From assembly GCF_036365525.1 (NCBI RefSeq), contig NC_090392.1, positions 57,971,247 through 58,035,246 on the forward strand: 64,000 nt of DNA, written 5' to 3'. The stretch's first letter is position 1. Every line of letters starts with the position of its first letter. The position numbers and the translations under genes are program-made. This DNA is from Heterodontus francisci. Taxonomy: Eukaryota. Under the pieces are notes generated by a model, which did no database searches, was not told the DNA's origin, and saw nothing but the letters and a program-made list of their open reading frames with translations. This document shows positions 12,997 through 25,359 of the stretch, one piece after another.

Positions 12997-14495
12997 CATA
13001 GAGTCATAGAGTCATACAGCATAGAAACAGGCCCTTCGGCCCACCGCGTCCATGCTGACCATAATGCCTATCTATACTAATCCCACCTGCCTGCATTAAT
13101 TTTATATCCCTCTATGCCTTGCTCATTCAAATACCTGTCCAGATGCCTCTTAAATGTTGCTCCTGTGCCTGCCTCCACCACCTCCTCTGGCAGCTCATTC
13201 CAGATACCCACTATTCTTTGTGTGAAAAATTTACTCCTTTGATCCCCTTTAAACCTCCTCCCTCTCACCTTAAATCTATGCCCTCTAGTTTTAGTCACCC
13301 CTACCATGGGAAACAGACTCTGGCTATATACCCTATCTATGCCTCTCATAATTTTATATACCTCTATCATGTCCCCTCTCAGCCTCCTTCACTCCAGGGA
13401 AAACACACCCAGCCTTCTTCACCACCCTGTCTACCTGTGTTGCCACTTTCAGGGAACTATGTACTTGCACCCCAAGGTGTCTCTGCTCAACAACACTCCC
13501 CAGGGCCCTGCCATTCACTGTATATGTCCTACCCTGGTTTAACTTCCCAAAATGCATCACTTCACACTTATCTGCATTAAATTCCATTTGCCAATCCCTT
13601 TCCCACTTTCCCAGTTGATCTATATCCTGCTGTAACCTTAGACAACCTTCTTCACTGACCACTATTCCACCAAGTTTGGTCTCATCTGCAAACTTAGATT
13701 AGATTAGATTAGAGATACAGCACTGAAACAGGCCCTTCGGCCCACCGAGTCTGTGCCGAACATCAACCACCCATTTATACTAATCCTACACTAATCCCAT
13801 ATTTCCCTACCACCTACCTATACTAGTGACAATTTATAATGGCCAATTTACCTATCAACCTGCAAGTCTTTTGGCTTGTGGGAGGAAACCGGAGCACCCG
13901 GAGAAAACCCACGCAGACACAGGGAGAACTTGCAAACTCCACACAGGCAGTACCCGGAATCGAACCCCTACATGCCCCTTACTAATCATGCCCCCTACAT
14001 TCTCATCCAAGTCCTTATATATATGAAAAACAATAGAGGGCCCAGCACCGATCCCTGCGGCACACCACTGGTCACCGGCCTCCAATCCGATAAACAACCC
14101 TCCACTACCACCCTCTGCCTCCTATCACCAAGCCAATTTTGTATCCAATTGGCTAGCTCACCCTGGATCCCATGTGTTCGAACCTTCCGGACCAGCCTAC
14201 CATGCGGGACCTTGTCAAAGGCCTTGCTAAAGTCTATGTAGACAACGTCCACTGCCCTGCCCTCGCCAATCCTCTTGGTCACCTCCTCAAAAAACTCAAT
14301 CAAATTCGTGAGACATGATTTCCCATGCACAAAGCCATGCTGACTATCCCTAATCAGATCTTGCCTTTCCAAATGCATTTAAATCCTATCTCTCAGAATC
14401 CCTTCCAATAACTTTCCCACTACTGATGTAAGGCTCACCAGCCTGTAATTCCCTGGCTTATCCCTGCTGCCCTTCTTAAATAAAGGCACAATATT
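12997..14495 (-). mobile_element. CR1 LINE 3' part with nested SINE
   Basis: RT motifs [25 protein letters not shown], and tail gtcatacagcatagaaacaggcccttcggccc. Confidence 0.9.
13697..13967 (-). mobile_element. HE1/V-type SINE (5'-truncated)
   Basis: Matches the SINE core and tail; (TTAGA)n on the + strand. Confidence 0.9.
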
Positions 14496-14639
14496 AGCTC
14501 TGCAGTGTGCTTTGTTAGTGTGAAGTTCCAGCAAGGAGCCACATCCCAGATGTATCATTTGTAAATTTAGATAGGCTGGGTATGGCCTTGAAATGCACTT
14601 GTCCTGTGTTCATGTTTAGTTTATATACTTCAGTATATA

Positions 14640-15900
14640 GACGGTATTCAATTCACTTTTCTTTTCCACACTACCAACAATTTCCTAAACCCCATTCACC
14701 CTCATCTTCAACAAGTGTGGGGAGGTCACAGAGTCCTTTGTCACCAAGATTGAGACCATCCTTTCAGCTGCTTCTGCTATTTCCCTTCCTCTTGCTTATC
14801 AACTGAACCACCCCCCAGGCTCCCCTGCCCTAAACCCCCAGCTTAGTCTAGTTTCTCTCACACCCCCCCTCATGTCTTCTCGGAGCTCATCTCATCCATG
14901 AGACCCATCATTTTCTACCTTGACAATGATCTCACTAAATTGATGACCATCCAATGTCCCTTCTTGATCTTCAAGCTAGCTGACATTGTAAATGGTTCCA
15001 TCCCCTCAAGTACTTTCCCTCTTTGTTTCAAAACCATTGCTATTACCCTCTCCTCAAAAAAATCACCCTTGATCTCTCTGTCCTTACAAATTATTACCCT
15101 ATCCTACCTCCCTTTTGCTACCAATCTCCAAAATCTGTGCCTTTCTTTCCTGTTTGAATCTGTCCCCTCTGCCATAGCACTGAAACAGCCCCATCCGAAG
15201 TCACAAATTACATCTTCTGTAACTGTTACCAAGATGTACTATCGCATTTCAAGCCTTTTGATCCCTCTGCAGTCTCTTTCGCATCATCCTCTTCTAAAGT
15301 CTCTCCTAGCTCAGTGGTTCCACTCTTACCTATCCAATCTTAGACAGAGCATCTCCAGCAATGTCTTCTCTTCCAATCCCATAACTTTCCTTCCAGACTC
15401 CTCCAGGAATCTATCTTTATGACTGGATTTTAACTTATCTGACCTGCGCAGAGTGGTGTGGTCATCAGGGTGCGGGAAACCCGGATGTCAGGTTTCCACC
15501 ACGTGCTGTAGAGTTTTAACTCCAGAGTGCGTGTGATATCACCCAACAGGTTCCCCGCCCAAAATCCATCCTGATTGACAGGCTTAGCTTACAGTCAGAT
15601 GGCAAGCAGTCTGGAGGAGGCCATAGGCCTCACACTCTGGGGGTTGGGCGTTGGTTAATGGGAATTGACCCTTGAGGGTGGTGTCGATTCTGAGGGTGGG
15701 CTGATGCTGGGACCCTGGTGCGGTGTGGTTGGAGGCCTCGGTGGGGGGGATGTGGGCAAGGTGTGGAGACAAAGTTTGGTGATGTACTAGAGGGGTTTGG
15801 AAGACTTTTGCCACTTCCAGACTAGATTATTTCAATGCTCCCCTGGCAGGCCTCCCATGCTTTACTCTCTGAAATCTTCAGTTCATCTAAACTCTGCTGT
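14640..15900 (+). mobile_element. Decayed L2-like LINE with an internal Harbinger-type MITE fragment (~15420-15810)
   Basis: L2-like RT remnants (WFHSYLSNLRQ). GACTGGATTTT TIR-like start at 15421. Confidence 0.55.
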
Positions 15901-16117
15901 AGGGCATAGTGTAAAAGGAAGTCAGAGTCTGAGGTTTAGAACTTCCTGAACTGTACACTGCAATGATTAAGATTTGTTGCCTGGTATTTGTAAATGTGCA
16001 TGTTGTTTGGCACAAACAGTGCTGTATCAGTGCTGTATCTCTAATCTAAAAAAAATCATCACAGTTGTTTATTCCATCATTTATACTAAAAGGGTAAGAG
16101 GGTATGTTATGACTTAC

Positions 16118-16142
16118 CTACAGTTGCAAGGGCAGTACCAAC
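16118..16142 (-). CDS. 25-nt cytoplasmic micro-exon (G)WYCPCNC(R)
   Basis: Acceptor ttcttcttatttcacag, donor AG|gtaagt. Phase 1 in and phase 2 out match the TM exon and the next exon. Confidence 0.65.
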
Positions 16143-17223
16143 CTGTGAAATAAGAAGAATTATGCATTGTTAAGAATATTCTGCAATGTGAGTTTTTTTT
16201 CAATCTGGACACTTCTTAAGTGCTTCATTGTTGTGGCATTTGGGAAGATATTTCTAAAGCTCTATATTTGATTATTATTGTATTGAAGGCTTTCTTTTGT
16301 GCACTTCCTCTTATTTGTTTCTTCATTGTCTTTATGTATTTGGTGTTTGGTGGTTTTTTTGTTTGCATTGAAACACTATTGCTGCAGAATCCTTTGCCCA
16401 CCGCACATTTACTGGCTGCTACTGTTTTACTGGCAGAGTGCTAATTTTTTAGCATGGGTATTCCCTTTTGGGATTCCTACTGTGCTCCTAGATTTAGAAG
16501 AGGTGAGCAGGCATAATTTCACCTGAGGCATTTGGTACCCTCTTGCCTTTGCCACAGGAGCTACATGTTCAGGATCTACTTTTACTATCTATAGTTTGCG
16601 GGTGAGACTGTAAATAATTATGTGATTGCCTTGACCAGAACTTACACATGCAGGGACAGCTCTGCTGGGCTGTGAAGGTGACCACAGCATTACATTTCAT
16701 TGCTACCATATCCTGCCAAGCTCTTGACTCTGCAGTCCTGATAAAATCTCAGAATTCTTTATTGAAATATAAATACAGCACTTAGACAGCGCATTGCTAA
16801 TAATTTTCAGACATGTATATTTTTATGATCTTATTTCTGCTTAAGCCTCTGTATTTCAGAAGAAATCGAATGTCTACATCTTTCCATATAGTTCCACTAA
16901 TATCTGTGTTTCCCGTCATCCTTTTAAATTACCATTGTTTTCGATTCTGAGATTCAATACTGAATAGCATGCTCATTTATAATTTGCAACATACTATCTC
17001 TCTGACACTTCATTTACTACATCATGCACCCGATCTATATAACAGTTATAATGGTGCTATCATTTTCTCATGATCAATCATTGTAGGAACACTTTATTGG
17101 TGATTTGTTTTCTTTCTTATTCCAAATTCTCTGAACTAAATCACATCAAGCAGTGATTAAGTCAATGCCTATTAAAACTGTCACTTCACATTTGTGCTTC
17201 ACGTCAGCTGTTCGCTAATTTAC

Positions 17224-17307
17224 CTTTCCGTTTACTGCCCCAGATCAGTAATAAAATGACAGAGACCACAAAGATTGGCACTGATATAGATCGGACAGGA
17301 AAGCTAC
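17224..17307 (-). CDS. Transmembrane exon SSFPVRSISVPIFVVSVILLLIWGSKRK
   Basis: 84 nt, strong acceptor ttttctgtcccttcacag and donor G|gtaaat. Hydrophobic stretch followed by a KRK stop-transfer cluster. Confidence 0.82.
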
Positions 17308-17799
17308 CTGTGAAGGGACAGAAAAGTAGTTTGAGCTTCTCATGATCTGCTTCAGTGTAAAAGAATGGTGACAAACACAAGGTAAATGCATTCCTTGTTT
17401 ACTGGCTTAATATAGTATTATCATTACCACTTCTGAATTAAATTTCATTTTCTCCATTAGTACCAGTAGAGGATCTCAGTTCCACCGTGCAAGAGGTAGG
17501 AATATGTATGTCAGTCCTTATTTCTATAATTCAGTGCACCTTGGTAACTGAATATTACTGTTTTAAGCTTAGTACAATCCATTACAGATAAGGGTATTTT
17601 ACTATTACTCCAACCTATCTGTTTATAAGTTGCTTTCTATCAACTTCTATATTTTTCTCAAGAAATGATAGATCAGCTAAAATGTTGCGTTCAACTCTTG
17701 TGACATTTGTCCTGGTGATTTATGACATTTATATCCATATTATAGAATCTTGGGTATGATACACACTTCATGTATCAAGATATTGAATAACACTTTTAA

Positions 17800-18340
17800 T
17801 ATAGAATGAATCATAGAATGGTTACAGCACAGAAGGCGGCCACTCGGTCCATCATGCCTGTGCTGACTCTCTGAAGGAGCAATTCACCTCGTGCCACTCC
17901 ATCACCTTCTTCCCGTAGCCCTGTACATTCTTCCTTTTCAGATAATAATCCAATTCTCTCTTGAATGCCTTGATTGAACCTGCCTATACCACACCCTCAG
18001 GAGGTGTATTCAGATCCTAACAACTCATTCTGTGAAAAAGTTTTTCCTCATGTCGCCATTGCTTCTTTTGCCAATTATCTTAAATCTGTGCCCACTTGTT
18101 CTTGATCCTTCCACCAATGGGAACAGTTTCTCCCTATCTACTCTGTCCAGAGCCCTCATGATTTTGAATACATCTATCAAATCTCCTATCAACCTTCTCT
18201 TCTCTAAAGAAAACAGTCCCAACTTCTCCAATCCATCTACGTAACTAAACTTCCTCATTCCTGGAACCATTCTTGTGAATCTTTTCTGCAACCTCTCTAA
18301 CGCATACACTTAAGTGTGGTGCCCAGAACTGGATGCAATA
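17800..18340 (-). mobile_element. CR1 3' fragment (intronic)
   Basis: ALERLQKRFTRMVPGM..LFSLEKRRL. Confidence 0.85.
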
Positions 18341-19127
18341 CTTGACAATCCCTGTAAAATATTTATACTGGAAGTCAACATTTATAATGACAAAACTTTA
18401 TCTAAATATGAGCAATTCACCATTAACAATTTGTTATGAACCAATCAAATATTTCAAAATGCTTCTTGAAAAATAATTTCATCCACTTGTTTTCCCTATA
18501 ACTAAAATTTCTAATGTCCAAAGTTAGGTTTAAAAGCAATGATTTTTCTTTTAAATTATATATTTCACAATGACAATTAAATTTACTCATTGAGTTGTTT
18601 TTTTTGATACCTCATTTAAATTTTACTTCAAGACCTCAGTCTGCCTCCAAAGCTTGAGAATCAACTGGATTTTTAAAAAATTTTATCTCATGACAGATGG
18701 AAAAAGTTTCAACCACATCTGTGCATTCTGAGCAAGAGCAGTTTGCAAAATTTTCCAGCGTGCAATCGGTGCATCAACATGACTGAAGCAGTTCATTTTG
18801 TCAGGATTTTAGAGTTTGTCAGTTAACTTATATGTAAGTTAAGCTTTTGAGAACACAAGCAAGGTTAGTGCTGTTGAGAAAGAATGAGGATGAAATACGA
18901 TGATGGCAGAGATTAATTATGGCATCAGTGAGGCCAGCAGAAGCAAGAGAGGTGACACCAACAATTCTGTTATTTTGTTTATAATTTATAAATTTATATA
19001 AGATCTAGGAATATTTGTTAAATTGCGAGCTTCTCAGCAATAAAACGGAATTAATTAGTCTTAATATATCTGACATACTGTTTGCACCTTTATATGAAAT
19101 CTAACCTAAAGAAACCTTGCTGACTTT

Positions 19128-19856
19128 GGGCTGAAATTTAAGTAATGGCAGCCCGCACGCATGAGCCTAGCTTCGTGGAGCTGCCGTGATATTAAATGCG
19201 GTGGCTCATTTAAATGATGTGAGGGGCGGGCGGTCTGTCCCTGGCAACGGCACAGGTGCCACTGCGCAGGCGCCGATGCCATTTTTAAAGGGCTTCAAAC
19301 CCTTCACTTCAGTTTAAGTATTTAAAGATATCGGCAGTGTAACTTTATTTTAACAAATTAAATATATGTTTCCAGCCCCTCTCCTACTAGACAGCTCCTT
19401 GCACTCTCCCCCACCAAAATACTTACCTTATGTACCTGACCTTTGCCCCCCGAAAGTTCATCAACTTTAACTTCAACCCCTTCCCACCATTCCCTACACC
19501 AATCAGATTAGTTTAAACCCACTCCTCCCTGCCTTCTCCCGCAATGAGATACTTAACTGCTCCCCCCTCACCACCAGTGTTCCACATCGGATCTCCATAT
19601 GGCCTCAATATCAAAGTGGGACAGACGGCGGGAGTGGGTAAGTAATTAATTTGTTAATTAGCATTTTTAAAAATATGTAAATTCTGCTCCTGTCGCTGAG
19701 TGGTGGGGGGGCCGCCACTAGGCATCGCTGCCACTGCCAATATCAGGCTGGGCCTTCCCGGCGTCCTCTGCCGGAGGCATTTTCTGGCCCCCCTCCCACC
19801 ACAACCCCCGAAGTCGGCGGGGTGGGGGGGGGGAGGGGTGCTGTAAAATGCGCCTC
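19128..19856. mobile_element. Harbinger-type MITE (intronic)
   Basis: GC-rich island bounded by GGGCTGAAATTTA and an imperfect TAAAATGCGCCT. Confidence 0.5.
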
Positions 19857-20532
19857 ATTATGTCAATTTTAGACCATAAGTATAATATCAACTTTTAATA
19901 AGTAAAGCCCAATTTATATTAATTTACTGTGATCTGTTCAAACTACCATTGTCACCTCAGATACGAAGTGTCAGTTATTAACATCTACTTGAGTACCTTG
20001 TATACTTACGTTTAATATTTAAAATGCTGCTAATTGTATTATCATAAAGATCTGTTAGTTCATGATTTCATCTCCTGGATGTCTGTTTGAGGTTAACTCC
20101 TTCTCTCAGCAATGTACTGGTCATTTGAAGGATTATTGGCCACAAACAGATTAATATTCTTCAGACTGGTTAGTGTTCGATGGTTCAAGTGAGGAAAAAT
20201 TAGGTATCTAGTAATCCTCTAGACATAGATGGTAAATCCCTAGTTATTATTGTGATGGGGAATTAAGGTGAAGAAGTTCAGCATTCACCTGGTCTTTAAG
20301 TACTGCACCTTGCATTGTTTATGGCCTTATTAGTCACAGGATTATTTTACTTACAGGGCTGAATTTTAGAGAATCAAATCATTTTGGTTAGGCATGTGAA
20401 AAGGCATTACAAGGATAAAAGATGAGTTAGTGCTTTAAGTTTATAATAAATTACTCTTGTCTTAGTTTGTTCTACACCAAGAATTTGTAATGAAGAAATA
20501 TTCCCTTGTGCAGGTAATATCATTGCACTTAC

Positions 20533-20850
20533 TTCTGAAACCAGATATTATGTATATCCCTACAGCATATTCTTTTAAGTCATATGCATTGTGTGCTCTG
20601 CAAATATAATCTCCACAGTCTGAATCATCAACACTTATTTCCTTCCAGACTGAACTGTTTACTCCAGAAGCCAACTGTGCACTTCCACTTTGCCCCCAGG
20701 ATTTCTTTTTCCAGATAGATGCTGGGTTACTGTCCACTGTACAGTTCAGTTCAAGGAACGACTGGGGCGTAACGTGGATGATGTCGTGGAGCAGTGGATG
20801 GAGCTGATCTGAGTCAGAAGTCCTGTAATATATGACTGGCTGTGGATCAT
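20533..20850 (-). CDS. C2/I-set Ig domain exon
   Basis: 318 nt, phase 1-1 (gattcag|AT ... A|gtaagt). YDPQPVI..LELNCTVDSNPASIW..DCGDYICRAHNAY. Confidence 0.88.
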
Positions 20851-21070
20851 CTGAATCAAAACAACGGAAATGGAAAGTAATTAGTCATATAGGCAGCTTC
20901 AATAAAGCATTGTAGAATTGTGTACACCCGATCAGAGACTAGACAAAACTGACTGGAATTAAAAGCACCAATTGTAGGTATGTCCTTTCTGTAAAAAGAT
21001 AGATATCTTGTATTGTAATAGTTATCTAAGGCCACAGAACAGTTTTAGAAAAAACTACTGGCGTAATACA

Positions 21071-21395
21071 GGCAGTGCAGTGGTTAGCACCGCAGCCTCA
21101 CAGCTCCAGCGACCTGGGTTCAGTTCTGGGTACTGCCTGTGCGGAGTTTGCAAGTTCTCCCTGTGTCTGCGTGGGTTTCCGCCGGGTGCTCCAGTTTCCT
21201 CCCACAGCCAAAGACTTGCAGGTTGATAGGTAAATTGGCCATTGTAAATTGCCCCTAGTGTAGGTAGGTGGTGGGAGAATGGTGGGGATGTGGTAGAGAA
21301 TATGGGGTTAATGTAGGATTAGTATAAATGGGTGGTTGTTGGTCGGCACAGACTCGGTGGGCTGAAGGGCCTGTTTCAGTGCTGTATCTCTAAAT
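21071..21395 (+). mobile_element. HE1/V-type SINE
   Basis: Matches the other SINE copies. Confidence 0.9.
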
Positions 21396-22009
21396 AATTG
21401 TTCTTCTTGATTACACTTACGGAAGGATTGATTGTTAAAATAGAATTCTATTTACATTCATTTTATTCCTAAGCAAATGACAGGCAGACAAACCGCTCTC
21501 AAGTTGACACCTCACAAACCAATCACCAAAAATGTGCAAGAGGAGCACAGATTGACCTACTCTTCAATTTCCCTTCCCTTCCCTGTTGTGGTGGTATCTC
21601 TCCTGTTCTTGTTTTTGTAATCAGGACCTTGTGAAGCCACACATATAAAACTACATTCTACCACTCTGACCCAGCAAATAGGTCAGTCCTTGACAGGAAG
21701 TTTTGTGAATAGGAAAAAGCCCAACTAACCAGCAGCATTATCGTAGTTAAAGCTCGCTTTCTCAAGATCTCCCTCAATCTATTTGTCTTCAGAAACACAT
21801 CGAATAGATTCTTGAATCACTTGTTATAATTCAGAAGTCTTTTCTTGTATTTTATTTCATAAATTTATACCCCTAGGTTTAAAATGTCCCAGTAACCTTT
21901 ATTCCTTTCTTGCTCATTTTTAATCTTGATCCCAAATGATTTGAACCTTTCACCATGTTGAATAATTTGCACAGATCAGATTTATTATTTTTACTAATAA
22001 TGTTGAACG

Positions 22010-22550
22010 TATTATAGAATCAAGGAGGTCATTTTGGCTCATCTCACACATGTGCCAGTTCTCAGAAACAGATGTCCAATTTACTTCCATAGCCCAGCAT
22101 TCTCCCCATAGCCTTGCAAATTAGGCCTCTTCAGGTAAATTGCAAGTCCAATTGCTTTTTAAAAGGTCCTAAAGAATCTGATTCCACCACCCTTTAAGGT
22201 GGTGCACTGAAGAGCTTAACAGCCCTCTGTCTCAAGAAATGTCTCCTCATTTCCACTCTAGTTCTGCCAATTATTTTAAATCTCTAGATACTGACCCACT
22301 TGCCAGAGAAAATAGATTAACATTACTTGCTTTATCAAAACACCTCATCATTTTGAATACCTCTATTAGGTCTCCCTTTAATCTTCTCTGTTCTAAGGAG
22401 AATAATCCAAGCTTCTCTAATCTTTCCACATAACTGAGCTCCCTCATCACTGGCATCATCCTGGTAAACCTCCTCTTTACCCTCTACAAGACATCCTTCC
22501 TAAACTGTGATACCCAATATTATACACTATGCTCCAGCTGAGGCCTAACC
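22010..22550 (-). mobile_element. CR1 3' fragment (intronic)
   Basis: LSYVERLEKLGLFSLEQRRLKGDLIEV. Confidence 0.8.
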
Positions 22551-23306
22551 ACTTAAACTACTTTGAAAATTAAGCATAAAGTGCTGAAACCTGTTAACAA
22601 TTTAGAGTGTCATTTGCCAAAGTGAGATCCTTGGATTATAAGTCTACATTGAAATCAACAATTTCTACAAGAGAAGATTGCCTCAATGAGCAGCCTGCTC
22701 GGTTGTAATATATTCATTAAAGAGAAAGTATATGCCACTAAAAAGTGCATCATCTTAAGTACTAAGTTCATCTTAAATGTTGTAAAAGAGCTTTCTACAT
22801 GTGTGTTTCTTACTTGTTCCTTTTACTGTGTTTCCTTTGATCCCCCAAATTGGTTTGGTGAATCTTCTGTGCTGACTTCCTGCAATCACTGTCAGCTTCA
22901 AGCACCCCAATTCATGTATAGCACAGTTAAATTCTGATTCAAACTCTTCCTACTCTGCTTTTGATCCAAACACAAAAGAGCAACTCTCCCTGAAGGGCCA
23001 GTATCATTGAGATTGCCCAATTTAAGTAAGACTATTCTATCATTGAGGCCTTCAGCACAACCATCTGAGCTGGATTTCAGACCCAGATCCCAGAACTGAA
23101 AGGACAGTGAGTGAACTTGGATATTCCAAACGCAGCTTGCCATTCATATGTACATACACTCCAGCCTGATACTGCCCAATTGCTTTTTAATGCTTCAGTG
23201 AAGCAGTCAGTATCTAGGCCACCTCAGATTTCTGTTAGAAGTCTGTAAGGAATTAAAAATCAAAAACAAAAGACCATCAAAAAACATATTAACTTAAAAT
23301 ACTGAC

Positions 23307-23654
23307 AGTTCACATTTAGTGTTATCTGTTTTATTATCCACTCCTTACTTGTCATATGACGGACCTGACAGGTACAGATTGTCCCATGGTCTTGCAAAGT
23401 GGAGATAAAGGTTAATTGACTGGTAATGTTAAATGTGCCATCTGAGTTCCTGAAGGTGGACAGTCTAGTCGTATATCTCACCACAACATCTACTTGTGAA
23501 GATTGAGCATTTTGAGAAATGGTTTGTTCTTGGTGCAGCCATTTAATGGAGATATTCTGAGGATAAAATCCCCCAGCGAGACAGTACAAAACAGATTCAT
23601 TCCCCACCAGTAATTCCTCCTGAGTAATGGAGATTGCTGGAGGAGATGGCGGGA
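23307..23654 (-). CDS. C1-set Ig domain exon
   Basis: 348 nt, phase 1-1 (ttacag|TC ... T|gtcagt). Translation VPPSPPAISI..VLYCLAGGFYPQNISIKW..NSDGTFNITSQLTF..GTICTCQVRH has the C1 signatures CxxxGFYP, W, DGTF and CxVxH. Confidence 0.9.
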
Positions 23655-24262
23655 CTGTAATATACAATGCAAAATATAGCTATGTTGGATGTAAATGCTA
23701 AAGAAAGCAATAACAAAACAACGTCAAGCAAGCTTTACACACTCAATACGTATAACAATTCCATTTCAATAAAGGAATTGCACAGCAGATATTTAGGGAA
23801 TGTAATTTGTATCTCAATCTTGGAAGATCACCTAACCCATTGACTGGCAGAATCACATAAAAACCCTTCCCATTAGTGATAAAAATAGTACTTCAGTTAT
23901 TTATTCTTATGTTTTTTGTCTAAAATGTCAAATTTTGCATGCGGTCCAATGTTGTTTTCAAAGGGATTTTCAGGATTTCACATCTTTCAGCCCAAATTCA
24001 GCAGATGCACATCAATCTGGACCTTACCTCTTCCTGTGCCATGGATCACTGCTGTTATGATAAATGTGCAGTACGTATCTATACTCTCCTTATATTGTAG
24101 TGATGCTTTTTGATTTATGTTGCTACTCTCAGCTGCCAATAGATACCCTGAAATTTCAGAGGATTTATGGCACAATGCCAAAAAGATGTTACTGGATTTT
24201 CAAGCAATGAAAGAACTGAAATTACTGGATTTGTTTGCAAGACTTTGTGAAGTTGAATTATT

Positions 24263-24938
24263 GACTGGAAATTTATGCCCCACCCCCCAGGCTGGGAAGC
24301 AGGGGTGCACAAGATCGGATGGAATAGTGGGGGATGCTGTGCTCATTACCTACCCGCTGCCAGGGAGGTAGCAGCTGGCCTGCCACCCTTTTTCCGCCGT
24401 AGCTATAATTTTACCAGCGGCGGATGGGCACCATAGCCTGGGGAGGCCACCCAGTAAAATATGGTGGCTTCCTTGTGGGCTGGAGAGGGCCCTCCTGATG
24501 GGGCACCCCATTCCCCAAGGAGGACCCCACAGCAGCATGGGCTTACTTGGCTGGAAGACCATGCCCCCTAGTCCGCCCTCACGATCGACACATCCTCCCC
24601 GTCACAAGGCTGGGCTGATTGGTTGCGGCAAGCCCCGACCCCACTTACCTTATTTTCTAGCCTCCATCGCTGGCTGGGTCCGGGGACTATTGCAGAATCA
24701 GCAGTGGCCACCACTCTCAATGGTGCTGCTGGGACTGAGGAGCTGCCGGTCCTCTGATTGGCCGGCAGCTCTTGGAGGCGGGACATCCTGCCTCAGAGGG
24801 CTGGAAGGCAAGACATTATGCAATTAATTGCCTGAGCTATGCAAAATAGCATTGTGGCTTCCACAGCCAGCGGAGGCAGGCTTGCCCCCAGCTTTCCAGC
24901 TGCTGGATGTGGCCACCGCCTCACTGTTAAATCCCAGT
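24263..24938. mobile_element. Harbinger-type MITE with 3-bp TSD
   Basis: ATT|GACTGGAAATTTA ... TAAATCCCAGTC|ATT. Internal similarity to ~9940-10290. Confidence 0.7.
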
Positions 24939-25359
24939 CATTATTTATGACTGGGGAAAAAAAAAGAATTAGAACTGAAGAACCTGAATTATATGTATAT
25001 TACAGTTGCACTAATATTATAAGATGACGGAATGGAATTATTGCAGCTAACGTTGACATTTTCTAAGAAGCTTCATGTAAATTTCCATGTAAAATCTGCA
25101 TTCTCCCAGTGAGGTGCAAGTACCATTAATGTAGATCTCTAGACTACGTATCCTACCTTATATCCAACATTCTTCATTCTTGAACAATTACCTTCCATTG
25201 AATTGCACTTTCATGGTTTCAGCCATTCAGAAGTGATCACATTGGACGGGGTATTCTATTATTTTTATCTCTAATTATACTATTAAATCCTTTACATGTA
25301 ATTATAAGTAGTTTAAATAAATATATATATACATTTATGACAATATATGCATAATTTAC

